This document shows positions 23,970 to 35,813 of a stretch of DNA of 64,000 nucleotides, in pieces (position 1 is the stretch's first letter; each line of letters begins with the position of its first letter). The position numbers were made by a program, and so were the translations under genes. Location: contig OZ251237.1 of NCBI GenBank assembly GCA_965240325.2, positions 496,001 through 560,000 on the forward strand, written 5' to 3'. A model generated the notes under the pieces. The model was not told the DNA's origin, did not search any database, and saw nothing but the letters and a program-made list of their open reading frames with translations. The DNA comes from Rebecca billardiae RCC1528 (lineage: Eukaryota > Protista > Haptophyta).

Positions 23970-26900
23970 TCATCTGGAGACGGTCGTCATCGCGTCCGCC
24001 GGCCCGCCGGCCGCGGCGAGCTGCTCTAACAGCGTCGTGTTGGCTGTCGTTGTCGAGGGCGCGGCGTGCTCGGTACTCACCGCGTCGGGCGTTGCCTCCG
24101 ACTTGGACGTGTCGAAGGCTCCGCCTGCCAAGCCGGCGCCAGCCAGCCCGACATCCGCGCACTGCGTGCAGATGAAGCTCTTCATCGTGCTCGCCTGCTC
24201 GGCCGAGAGGTTGACGCAGTCGCAGTGGAACCTGCGCGCCGAGCCGCGCGGCGCGAGCAGGCAGGCGTGAGCCGTCAGCCGATGCGCGCGCGCGCGCGCG
24301 CGGTCGGGCGCGCGCCGCGCGCATGGGAGGCGGCTGCGCGCACCAGTTGTCGCACACGTCGCAGCCGACCATCTGCGTGCCGTCCTCCTTGCGGCCGCGC
24401 GTGCACGTCGGCACGCAGAACAGGTGCGGCTTGCGGTGCAGCGTGTTGAGCAGCATCATCGTCGAGTACTGCGCGTACCGCGGGTTGTTGAACTGCCAGT
24501 GGCTCGCCTGGCAGTGGCCGAGCAGCACCTCGCGCGAGTTGGCGAGCTCGTTGGTGATCTCGGGGTCGAGGTCGGTTTTGGGCGGCCCGTCCAGCGCCTT
24601 CAGCTTCGCCACCAGGAAGTGCCGCTTGAGATACTGCGCGCCGGGCGGCGGAGGCGCGCGCGGAGCACGTGAGCCTCTGACCGTGCACGGCGCGCGCCGC
24701 GCGCACGCGCGCGCAGTCTTCCGCCGCGCCGCGCCGCGCCGCGCCGCGCCGCGCCCGGCGCGCGCGTGCCTGGATCTCCTGCTGCGCGCGCTCGACGACC
24801 TCGCGAGAGTTGAGCTTCTGCAGCTTAAAGCCGCTGGCGCCCTTGGCGCCCGCCTCCGCCGGCGCCGACTCCTCTGCGCACGCGAGCGTCGCGGCGCGTG
24901 CGCGCGCGCGCGTGTCGCGCGTGAGACCGGTGCGGGGACGGCGCCGTGTGCCGCGGGCCCCGCCGATGCGCGCGCCGGGTGCCACGCGCGGCCGCGCTCG
25001 CCTCCCCGCCCCGCCCGGCACACCGCGCCACTGCCCGCCCGCCCGCCCGCCGCGCGCGCGCACGGTGTTCCTGCTCGATCCTTGAGAGCAGCTCAGGAAT
25101 TGTGATCGCCCACTGGTCGCCGTGGAAGAGCGGGATCTCGCGGATCGACTTCATCTCGCCGTACATCTCGGCCATCGAGGCTGCGGAGCGCGCGCGGGGG
25201 GTCGGGGGGCGGGGCCGGGCGGTGAGCGAGCCGTGCGCAGAGGGCGATCGGCGGGCGCGGCGGCGCGCTCGCGCGGCGCGGCGCGCGCACCGAACTTCTC
25301 AATCAGCCCGCGGTCCTTGGCCTTGTCGAGCATCTGCACGTACCACGCGCGCAGCTTGTCGCGCTTCATCGGCTTCTTGTGCTGGTCCGGCCGCGCGAAG
25401 AAGATGTACTCGTCGCCCGCCTTGGGCGGCTCCACCCAGATGTGCACCCACTGGAAGCCGAGCGTGCGCACAAACTCGAGGTACGCCACCAGGATCGCGT
25501 GGTAGACAAACGTGCGCTGCCCCGCGGGCGACGACTCAAAGTAGCGCACGCTGTCGAGGTAGGAGATGTAGACGCGGTTCTTGTTGGGCTCGGGGCAGTC
25601 CTCGCCGTACTCCTGCACGTACATGGCGAAGAAGGCGACGTCGATGCCCTCGATCTTCTGGAACGCGACCAGCGCCTTGGAGCGGTACGGGAACTCTGAC
25701 GGGTACGGCCCGCCGAGCGACCACATGCGCTGCACCATCTCCTCGGGGCAGTGCGACTGCTCGAACACGGACGAGATCACGCGGACGGTGACGGGCTCGC
25801 ACGTGATCTCGGAGGCGGCGAGGTCGGCCGCGACCGCCTCCTCGATGAAGCGCGAGAGGTTGGTGTGCGGCAGCGACTCCGCCGGGTGCTTTGCCCACGC
25901 GGAGAGCGGCTGCAGCGTCGGCTCGTTGGTCGTGCACGCGACGCAAAAGAACTGCGCGCTCGCGTCCTTGAAGGCCTGCTCGTCGTACAGGCCGCAGACG
26001 AAGTGGTACCAGAGGTGGCAGCGCTCGCACTGCACCCAGCGCGAGTCCTCCTCCTCCGAGAGCACCGGGCCCTCGCCCTCGCGCAGCGGCACGAGCTGCT
26101 CCTTGAACTCCGCCCAGTCGAGCGCGCCCGTATCTCGCTGCGAGATCTTGAGCACCTCGGTCGTGCGCGTGAGGTCGTCCATCGCGCGCAGCTTCTGGAA
26201 GCACGAGTTGCACAGCCGCAGCGTGCCCGACGAGCCCGCCGCGCGCGCCGCCTCGACGGACTCCTGGAAGTACACGCGCGTCGGCCGCTGCATCGCGCGC
26301 TTGCAGTAGTCGCAGAACAGCGGCAGCTCAGCCAGCAGCAGCTGGTGCTTCTCGCAGTGCGCGCACGCGAGCCGCAGCTCCGAGTTGGTCACGCCGCAGA
26401 TGAGCTCGGGCTCCGCCCGGCCGTCGGCGCCGTTCGCGGGCGCGGCGGCGGCGGCCGCCGCGCCCGCGTCGAGCAGCTGCACGTCGATCGCGTGCTGGCT
26501 CTCCACCTTGACCACCTTGCCGAGCTTCCACGCCACGCCGCGCAGCTCGTCCGGCGCGAGCACCTCGACGAAGAAGCCGACCTCAAAGTGCTCATCCTCG
26601 CCCGCCTCGGGCGCGACCGGCGCGCCGCCTGGCGCCTCGATGCCCGGCGCGACCGAGCGCGCCTCGCGCTTGATCAGCGGCGCGCGCTTCACCGCCTCCG
26701 CCGCGCGCTGCTCGGCCGTGAGCGGCGCCGGCGGCTCCGGCGCGCGCTTCTGCCCGACAGGGTCGCGCCCGCGCCGCCGGTTCGAGCCCGAGCCGCCGCC
26801 CGACTTGGACTTTGCGAGCGAGCCCGCCGCGTCGCACTTGAACGAGATCTGGCGCTGGCTGCCCGGCGTGTCGCTCTCGCGCCACAGCTTGACGGTGACG

Positions 26901-29900
26901 CACGGGTAGAAGGGGAGCTCGGCGAGCGGCGAGCCGCCGTTCGTGCTCGCGGGCTGCGCGCGGCTGCCCGCGCCCGCGGACGAGATCGAGGGCTCGGAGT
27001 CCTCGCGGCCAACAGGGACGCCGCCGTGCGCGCTGCCGCCGGCCGCACCGCCGCTGCGCGCCAGCTTGCGCGCCCCGCCGTCCCGCCCCGCCGAGAGCTG
27101 GGCCTGCTTGCGCTTGCCCGGCGCCGCCGCCTCCTCCTCCATCGCCGCGTCCGGGTCCGGAAACTCGAACTTGAGCGGCTCGAGGTCGCTCAGGTCGCCC
27201 ATCGCGCCGCCGCCGCCGGACGGGTCGAGGAACATCGAGCTCGACCTGGGCCCGCCGCCCAGCCCGCCGCCGAGGCCGAGATCGGAAAGGTCCGGGAAGT
27301 CGAAGCGGCGTGGGCGCTCCTGCTGCGGCTTCGCGCTCAGCGTGGGGCCGGCGGCCGCGAGCGCCGAGCGCTGCTGCTGCGCCTGCTGCGCCTGCTGCTG
27401 CGCCTGCTGCTGCGCCTGCTGCTGCTGCTGCTGCGCCTGCTGCGCCTGCTGCTGCGCCTGCTGCTGCTGCCGCTGCTGCTGCTGCACCTGCTGCTGCTGC
27501 TGCTGCTGCGCCTGCTGCTGCTGCTGCGCCTGCCGCTGCTGGTGCTGCGCATGCTGCTGCCGCAGCTGCTGCAGCCGCTGCTGCTGCTGCGGTGTCAGCT
27601 GCGCAATCTGCTGCGGCGTGAGCTGCGCGAGCAGCTGCGCCCGCTGCAGCGCTTGCTGCTGAGGTGTCAGCTGCGCCCGCGCCTGCTGCGCCTGCTGCTG
27701 CGCCTGCTGCTGCTGCTGCTGCTGCGCCTGCTGCTGCGGCTGCTGCTGCTGCTGCGTCGCCTGCTGCCCCTGCTGCCCCGGCTGCCCCGGCTGCTGCTGC
27801 AGCTGCAGCTGCTGCGCGCGCTGCCGCAGGAGCAGGTGCTGCGCGATCTGGCGCTGCTCGGGGGTCAGCTGCTCGAAGCGCTGCCGCAGCAGTTGCCGCT
27901 GGCGCTCGTCGAGAGCGCGGCCGCCCTGCCCCGGCTGCTGCCCCGACTGCTGCGCGGCCTGCTGCCCCGACTGCTGCGGCTGCTGCTGCCCCGACTGCGG
28001 CTGCTGCTGCTGCTGCTGCTGCGCCTGCTGCTGCCGCTGATGGTGCAGCAGCAGCTGCTGGTGCAGCTGCTGCTGCGCCTGCTGCTGCTGCTGCGCCCCT
28101 TGCGCCGCACCGCCCGCGCCTCCGCCGGAGCTCGAGGGTGTGCCGAGGTGGCACCCGCCCTCGCGCGTCTTCTTGATGCGCTCGCGGAGCTTCTGGCACG
28201 TCATGCACTGCGCGTTGACGCACTGCTTCACGTGGGTGAGGAGCATCTTCTTCACGTGCGCGGAGTCGACGCGAGCCGCCAAGCCGGGGATCCCGGGCGC
28301 GCCACCGCCGCCCAGCGCCGGCAGGCCGCCGCCGATGCCCAGCCCAGATGGGTGGCGAGCGACGCCCGCGCGCACGCGCGTCGGGGCGAAGTGGGGCGTG
28401 CTCGCCTGGTGCAGCGAGGCGGGCGCCGGCGAGCCCCTCGCGCCCGCGAGCTGCGACACGTCGGGCGTCTGCGGCGAGTTCGCTCTGCCGCCGAGGCCTG
28501 CCTGCTGCGCCGTGGCGAGCGACGGACTGCCGGCCGCGCCCGGCGGGCGCATCAGCCCGGCCGGCTGCTGCGACTGCGCCGGCTGCTGCGGCTGCTGCGG
28601 CTGCTGCGGCTGCTGCGGCTGCTGCTGCGGCTGCTGCGGCGGCAGGCCGGCCTGCTGCCGCTGCTGCAGCTGCTGCGCGAGCGACAGCGGCTGGCCGCCG
28701 CTGCCGCCGCCGCCGCCGGCCGCCTGCGCCGACCCGCTGCCGCCCGCGCCCGCCAGTGCGCTCTGCCGCGTCGTCTTCTGCAGCACCTGCCAGAGCTGGC
28801 AGACGCGGCAGCGCCGCGTGTCGCCGGCCTTGAGGTGCGGGCACGTGAGCGTGTGCGCCTGCATCCGCTTGATCACGCGCTTCGTGCCCGCGCACACTTT
28901 CTGCTCGCAGTTCTCCTCCGTGCAGTGGAACGCGTGGATGAGCGCGTGCACGGGCAGCTGCGTGTTCGCCGTGGGCGCGGAGCGCGGCGTGACCGGGTCG
29001 TTGCGCTGCCCGCTCGGATCCGCCGACGTGCTGCTCTGGTTGTGCGAGCCGCTGCGCGCGATGTCCAGGAGCACGCTCGGCGTCCCTCCGGCCGCCCCGC
29101 TCGCGCCACACGACAACGGATTCGACGTCGGCGCGCCGTGCCCGGCGCCACCCGCGCTCACGCCCAGGGTGAGCGATGGGCTCGCGCCCGGGGCTGGGCC
29201 GGCGCCGGGCCCTGGCCTCGGCCGGGGCACAGGGGGCGGGCCGCCGCCCCGCGCGACCTGCGACGCCGACAGGCCCGACGCGCCCACTCCCTGCGCGAGC
29301 GCGGACGGCGTGCCCGCGTGCGCGCCGGGCTGGTGCGCGCCGGCACCGCCCAACGCGCCAGCCGCCGCTTGGTGCGAGGGATCCCGCCCGAGCCCGGCGG
29401 CGCCGAGCTGCTGCGCGCGCTGCGCCTGAGCGCCGGCACCGCACGCGTGCGCATTACCCTGCGCCGAGCCGACGCCCGCGCCGCCGCACACGCGCTGCCC
29501 GAGCGACGCGAGCTGCCCTTGCTGCCGAGCGAGGTCTGCGACGAGCGAGTGCGCCTGCGGCGCACACTGCGCCGCCAAGTTGGCGGGCTGCGCGGGCGCG
29601 CCGAGCTGCGGCGAGAGCGGCACAATGCCCTGCCCCTGCGCGCCGCTGCCGGTAGGCCCTTGGTACAGCGCGGCGCGCGGGCTCGCCAGTGCGCTGCGCG
29701 GGCTTGCCGGCACGCTCGCGCCCTGCAGCCGCGCGTCCGCGCCGGCTGCAGTCGGCGTCGGCGGCACGATGGGCGCCGGCCCGTGGGCCAGTGGTGGCCG
29801 TGCGAGGCCACTGCTCGCCCCCGGCCGCTCCGTCATCTGCGCGGAAGCCTGCTGCCGACGCTGCTGAAGGTCGCTGATCTGCGGCACCATCGTGCACAGC

Positions 29901-30195
29901 GCATCCCTAAGCGCGTCCTTGCCGGCGACAACCCTCAGCTCCTGCTGGAGCTGCAGGCGCGGGAGCGGGCGGCGGGATGGTCGCACGTACGCACCTCGGG
30001 TCAGCCGGCGCATGCGCGCGCGCACGCTCCAGCCACGCGCGCGCACGGGCGAGCGCGCACCTGTGCTTTGCCGAGCTCCTTTCGCAAGTATCGGTCCAGC
30101 ATGCCTTCGAGAAGCGCGTGCTTCTCCTGCGGCAGGAAGCGCTGGACCGACCGAATCAAGTCCGGGATGGACAGGCTCAGCGGCTCCGCCGCCAT
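23970..30195 (-). CDS. CBP/p300-type (KAT11 domain, plant HAC-like) histone acetyltransferase with RST-like, TAZ, polyQ and PHD domains
   Basis: TAZ-like motifs (LIHAFHC...C...C...H...C; HVKQC..C..C), PHD (WVQCERCHLWYHFVC), HAT core FPYRSKA/YVQEYG/RVYISYLDSV/HIWVEPP.GDEYIF/LRAWY/PLFHGDQW, second PHD MVGCDVCDNWFHCDCV. About 5 introns, the first 29951-30060. Confidence 0.88.
27370..28095 (-). repeat. CAG-rich polyglutamine-encoding region within the HAT gene
   Basis: Long interrupted (CTG)n on the + strand. Confidence 0.9.
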
Positions 30196-30699
30196 CGCTG
30201 ACCCGTGCCGCCGAGGTGTTGCCGCAACACCACCGCTCGCGGCCACCTGGTCCGCCACCCTTGCGAAGGTGGCTGGGCAGCCAGGGCCCGGCTGTCCGGG
30301 GGGCCTGGATGCACCACCCGACCACCGTCGTCGTCTCGCTGCACGTCAAACGAGATCGACAAGATCTCAGTGCTCGTGGCCAATGAACGCCGTCGGAAGG
30401 GGGTACTCTCGATAAGTCGTTTACCGCCTCGACGAGCGTCATATCCACAATTCCACGGACAAACCTATGCGCAGTGCGATGTTTTTGCGCATGAAAAGAA
30501 CCCGCTGGCCAATGACATCGTTATGCGGAAACTCCCGAGGATCACATCCGGAAGCGGAAACCTTCCACCCGAAGCCCCGGCCAATAGTACGGCTATAGGC
30601 ATGATACACCTTTTCAGACTGAGAGCCGACGACGAGCAGTGGTTACAAAGTCGCCGATCGACGCCGCACGAGGGCGGATTGGGCACTGGCACGGCCCTG

Positions 30700-30782
30700 G
30701 CTCTTCCGGGCGCGAGCGGCGCGCCGTGCTCTTCCGGGCGCGAGCGGCGCGCCGTGCTCTTCCGGGCGCGAGCGGCGCGCCG
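30700..30782. repeat. three tandem 28-bp units in the divergent promoter/5' UTR
   Basis: GCTCTTCCGGGCGCGAGCGGCGCGCCG(T) at 30700, 30728, 30756. Confidence 0.85.
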
Positions 30783-30803
30783 AGCTGAGCAGCGCGGAGG
30801 CGC

Positions 30804-32044
30804 ATGTTCAACTACTACCAGTGGAAGCGCGCGGCCATCGCATCCGAGCGCCTCGCCGACGGCCTGCCACCCGCCCCGCCGTCGCGGGGAGTGACGCGTG
30901 ACGGACTGGTGCCATGGGTGCCGCCGTCCGCGACGCGCACAGGCGTCGCGCCGTTGTTCCCGGAGCCGCTTCCGGAGCCGGACGAGGAGACCCTCGAGCA
31001 TCGACACACGCTCGCTGCCTCCGCACAGGCGCGCTACGACATGTGGGCGGCCACCACGCTCGGGTGGGACGACGACGAGGACAAGAAGGCGAAGGAGGCC
31101 CACCCATCGCAGCACACGTTCCGCGACCGCGTCCCGGCGAAGGAGCTGCACGGGCGCATGTCGTTCGCGAGGCACGCGTCGCACGCTGCACGCATCGCCG
31201 AGGCGGAGGCCGCGAACCGCCGTTACCTCAAGCGGCCGCAGTACCAGGACCCCGGCTTGAATACGATTGGCATGACCTTCTCCTTCCATCGGCAAGGCTA
31301 CCACATGCGGCAGCGGATGAAGTCGATGGAGGTCGGCGGGCCGATGCGGTTCCAGGCGCAGACGGAGAGCGAGCGGATCATGGAAGAGAACGTCAAGGCG
31401 AGCGCTCGCGATGTCTTCTCCGCGACCGTCCCCTCCGAGCACGAGCATCCGCGCGCCGCCGTGGCCGCGCAGCGGGAGGGCGCGCGCGCGCGCTGGGTCG
31501 GGCCGCGCGACTTCGACAGCACGTCGATGCACCCGCGCAAGCAGCTGTCGCCTCCGTCGGCGCTGCTAGGTGCGGGCGAGCCGTACCGGGATACGCTCGA
31601 CCAGGACTGCTACGGCAATCTTAACTACGGTCACACACGCGTGCGGGATCCCGCGCTCGAGGTGCGTTCCGCCATGCGAGGACGCGCCACAAGCGCCGGC
31701 AGCGTCAGGAGGCTGAGGAGACTGAGCCTGCGTCCTTGCGCCGCCGCGCCCGCGCCACGCGCCGCGCACGCGCCACGCGCCGCGCCCGCGCGCGCACGCC
31801 TGCGCGCGCACCGCAGGTCGGCGGCATGTTCATGAGCTCCGTGCCGTCGAACCAGTACATCCCGAACCCGTCTCGCACGTGCACCTGGAACGTCAAACCG
31901 GAGCTGCCGGTCCTGCCGCCCAAGACCTATCACCGACTGTCGTCGAAGGTGCCCGATGCGGCCGGCGGCAGCACGGGCGCGCTGGGCGGGCGCAGCTCGG
32001 GGACGGCAATCAAGCTGGTCACGTCCGAAAACGGGTCCGACTAG
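30804..32044 (+). CDS. hypothetical protein, 2 exons
   Basis: Coding-like ORF; GT-AG intron 31662-31816 joins in frame to VGGMFMSSVP...ENGSD*. Confidence 0.6.
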
Positions 32045-32798
32045 CAGCTCACAGCGGCAGCAGCGCCAGGCCCGCACTACGAGTCGTACGACTACCGCTT
32101 CAAGTTCAACGGTCGGGTCGCACGGACCGTCTAGTATCCGCAGAGTCCGGGCGCGGCGGTAACTGATAGTAAGCCGCACCGTCGAGTCAGACAGTGATGA
32201 GACATCATGAGTGAGACTGCTGAGCTAGACGCCCACGGCAACTGTGAACCGCGGATCTCAGCCTGCTGGCGAGGAGGCTTTGATACGGACACTGACGCGG
32301 GCTGACTGGGGCCGTGCGCCGAGTCCGGCTGGCTGACGTCGTCACTACAGCTCGCTGATGGCTGCTGTGCGCACGTGCTGAGGCAGAAGCAGGATACACG
32401 GGGCACGGCGTGCGTATACTAGCTAGAGGACGCAAAGCCCCACCTGCATGCCTGCTCGCGCCCCGCACCGAACTTGTCGCGCGCGTGTGCAAGCTTCGTC
32501 CACTCGCCCGATGCTCACAGGCGGCAGCGCGCGCATGCGTGCCAGCCTGAAGCGCGAAGGAGGTGACGAGGGTGGGAAGGCGCTCGTTCACTGTACGGTT
32601 GTACAGTATTGCACGGCTTCAGTCAGCTATGTCTCTCTCTTGCGATCAGGCACGAGAGCAGTGATTGTTGCCCTCCCGCTCGGACGCTGTCTCGATGGCG
32701 GCAGACGCCAGACTCGGCGTGTTGGCGTACGTCTGACGTGAGTGACGTCCAGTCGTCCACTGCGCCACGTGGACGGAGGGAGCTGGGAGCGGAGAGCA

Positions 32799-34277
32799 AT
32801 GGAGGCGATGCATCGATGGTGGCTCCCCGTCGTCATCATCTCCGCAGCCGTCCACGCGGCCACCGACGACAGCCTGCGCGCGGGGAACCAGCTGTATGCC
32901 GACGGCGACCTCGAAGGCGCACGTCGCGCGTACGAGGAGTGCCTGCGCCTCGCACCCGGCGAGGCGATGTGCGCGACCAACCTCGCCTCAGTGCTCGTCG
33001 ATCTCAACCCCACCGCACACGGCGAGCGCGCGGAGGCGCTGTATCGCGAGGTGGCGGGAGGCAGCGGCGCAGCGGCGCTTGACGCGTCGTTCAACCTCGG
33101 CCTGCTGCTCCAAGACCGCCGCACGCAGGACGCGACGCGCGAGGCGTGCAGCCTATACCGCCGCGTGCTGCTCGGGGACCGGAGCCGGTGGGACGCGTGG
33201 TGCAACTACGCGGCGTGCCTCTTCGACCTGGGCGTGGTCGTGCCTGCGTTCACGGCGCACGCCAAGGCCATCGTGATGGGCGAGGGGAGCACCTCTGCCG
33301 AGGACGAGGCCGCGATCGCGCAGCCCCTCGCCTCGCTCTACCTCGGCCTGGGCCAGCTCCTGGCTGGCGCGGACGGCGACACGTGCTCTGCGCTGCGCGA
33401 GGCAGAGGGCAGCGAGGTGCTGATGGTGGACGAGGCCGACTCGGCCGTGGACGTGTGCCGCACGAACGCGCGGAATGCGCTCCTGCGCTCGCTCGAGCTG
33501 ATGCCCTCAGAGCGCGCGGAGCACGCGCTCGCCTCGCTCGACGCGGCGACGGGCGCGAGCGGGGCCGCCGCGGGCGGCCGCGATGCGCCAAAGCGCGCCA
33601 GCCCCGCTTTTGTCGAGGCGCTCTTCGACGACTTCGCGCCGAGCTTCGACGACAAGCTGAGCGAGCTGGAGTACCGCGTGCCCGAGATCATCGGCGCCGA
33701 GGCGGAGCGCCTCGTCGCGCGGCGTGGCCGCGCGCTCGGCAGCGCGCTCGACGCGGGCTGCGGCACTGGCCTCCTTGGCCCGCGGATTCGGTCGATCGTC
33801 GAGGGCGCGCTTGTCGGCGCGGACATCAGCCGCAAGATGACCGAGCGCGCGGCGCAGCTCGGCGTGTACGACAGGCTCGTTGTGGGGGACCTGCTCGACC
33901 TGGGCCGGCACGAGCGCCGGCCGTTCGAGCTGATCGCCGCCGCCGACGTGCTCGTCTACTTTGGCGACATCGGCGCGTTGCTGCAAGTCTTTGCGTCGCT
34001 GTTGGCCGCGGGCGGGCGCATCGTCTTCAGCTGCGAGGCGCTCGAGCAGGCGGGCTCGGCCGAGGCGGCGGGCGGCTGGCGGATGACCGCCTCGGGGAGG
34101 TACGCGCACAGCATGCGCTACGTGACCGAGGCCGCGCACGCCGCCGGCTTGAGCGTCGAGTCTCACCGGCGCATCGTGCCGCGGATGGAGAAGGGGCAGG
34201 CGGTCGCCGGCCACCTCTTCGTCCTCGCGCGGGCAGGCGACGCCCAGCCCTTGCAGATGCAACGCGACGAGCTGTAG
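32799..34277 (+). CDS. TPR-repeat SAM-dependent methyltransferase (COG4976-like) with signal peptide and C-terminal RDEL
   Basis: TPR-like helices; ALFDDFAPSFD..L..LEYRVP, LDAGCGTGL, AADVLVYFGD, SGRYAHS. Confidence 0.85.
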   Translation: MEAMHRWWLPVVIISAAVHAATDDSLRAGNQLYADGDLEGARRAYEECLRLAPGEAMCATNLASVLVDLNPTAHGERAEALYREVAGGSGAAALDASFNLGLLLQDRRTQDATREACSLYRRVLLGDRSRWDAWCNYAACLFDLGVVVPAFTAHAKAIVMGEGSTSAEDEAAIAQPLASLYLGLGQLLAGADGDTCSALREAEGSEVLMVDEADSAVDVCRTNARNALLRSLELMPSERAEHALASLDAATGASGAAAGGRDAPKRASPAFVEALFDDFAPSFDDKLSELEYRVPEIIGAEAERLVARRGRALGSALDAGCGTGLLGPRIRSIVEGALVGADISRKMTERAAQLGVYDRLVVGDLLDLGRHERRPFELIAAADVLVYFGDIGALLQVFASLLAAGGRIVFSCEALEQAGSAEAAGGWRMTASGRYAHSMRYVTEAAHAAGLSVESHRRIVPRMEKGQAVAGHLFVLARAGDAQPLQMQRDEL

Positions 34278-34828
34278 CGCCGCTGCGGACTACGTGATGG
34301 TTGTCGTCGGCTCCGGACTCGGTGCCAGTCTGCCTAGTACCGCGCCCCTTCCCGCGGATGGCCCGGGGCCCCGCGCAGTCATCCGTCCGCGCGGATCCGC
34401 CTTCCGGCTTCCCGACTTTCCCGAATTCCCGAGTAGTCCCGACGGGCGCCGACGGCGCGGGATGCGAACTACTAATATAATTATTATTCTGATGACGAAA
34501 ATTGTCACGCGGCGCGGCCGTGACAATTATTATTATATTATTATACGTATAGTTATAAATACTGCGGCGGTGCGCAGTTGGTTGACACTGAACCGTATTG
34601 AATAAGCCACTGTCTTGAAGGGCTCCCCACAGTCAGTCACACTGGTCCGCCGTGTCGGACTGGACACTCATCCGGCGCACAGACGGACCAATCAAAGTTG
34701 TCTGTCCAATCCAAGCACAGTTCACAGGCCTGACCCGCGGTGCCACACGATGCGAGACTCGGAGGCGCGGGCCGCCACCAGCATGCTGAACGATGCTGCG
34801 GAAGGAAATGCCATCGTGCGCGCGCTGC

Positions 34829-35196
34829 TCACTTGACCTCGCGCCATTCCACCGCTGCTGCGGGAGCACCAGCGCGTGCGGCCCCTGGCGCGGCCTCGAT
34901 GCCGGCCGCTGTCTTCGACAGCTGCTCGAGGAAAGCCTCCACATTCTCCAGGTCGCCGTCTTTTGCATCGTCGGCGCTGAGGGAGGCGCCCATCGTGTCC
35001 ATGTAGTTCTCCAGGAGCTTCAGCCTTTCTCTGCGCGGCGGCGAGCGCACACGCGGATGCGTAAGGAACGGCGCTCGTCCACAAAGGCCAAACGTTTACA
35101 GGCGCGCGCACACCTCTCATTTTGATCGAGCTCGGCCATCTCCTCTGAGTAGTTCTTGGCCAGCGATTTTTGAAACGCCAGCTCCTCCTCATCCAT
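34829..35196 (-). CDS. small acidic helical hypothetical protein, 2 exons
   Basis: MDEEELAFQKSLAKNY... joined by GT-AG intron 35031-35113 to ERLKLLENYMDTM... Confidence 0.5.
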
Positions 35197-35813
35197 GGTA
35201 CGTTGCACCTGCACGCCAGGCGCGGGGCGTGCACGCGTCCGTGAGTGCGGGCTGCAGGTTGTCGCGCTCAGCAATGGCGCGTCACACCTTCCTGTAGAAT
35301 CTCCGCCGACGGCACCAGCGGATGAGCACGAGAGCGAAGCAGAGGCCAAAGATGGCGCCAACGATCGCTGGCGCCGACGAGCCCCCGGGCTCTGGAGCGA
35401 GCTTCGCCCGTGGCACTGCGGCCTTTGCGTACGGCGGCGGCACCATGGCGCTCGCGAGACGCGAGTGGCGCTTGCAGGCGCCAAGATTTCAAGGGCGTTG
35501 GGGACTCTCCGAGAATCAGCATGGCGGCGGTGGCTCTGTGATCAATAACACCTTGAACCTCACAACTTCAAACTCACAAAGAGTCAGAAGGGTCTCAAGT
35601 GAGTCACGATGCCATCCATCATGCCAATGACAGTTGGTCAACCACAGTCTGCGTGATGTTCGCAGTGGTTCCGGAGTCGACGAGCATCGTCTGAAGCATC
35701 GTCAGTGCCAGGCATCATGCGGCGCCGCTCGTCGCCGTCGGACCGGAGTCCGGTTCCCGTCGCAGCTGGCTGCCCTGCCGCCCCGGAGTTTGTCAGCACG
35801 TGTCGTCAAGTCG

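Noticed and set aside
25751-30415. Long antisense and alternative-frame ORFs (e.g. 1554 aa on +, 46601-50056 on -, 39738-42581 on +)
   Set aside because: Shadow ORFs caused by high GC and repeats; low-complexity Arg/Ala translations overlapping well-supported genes
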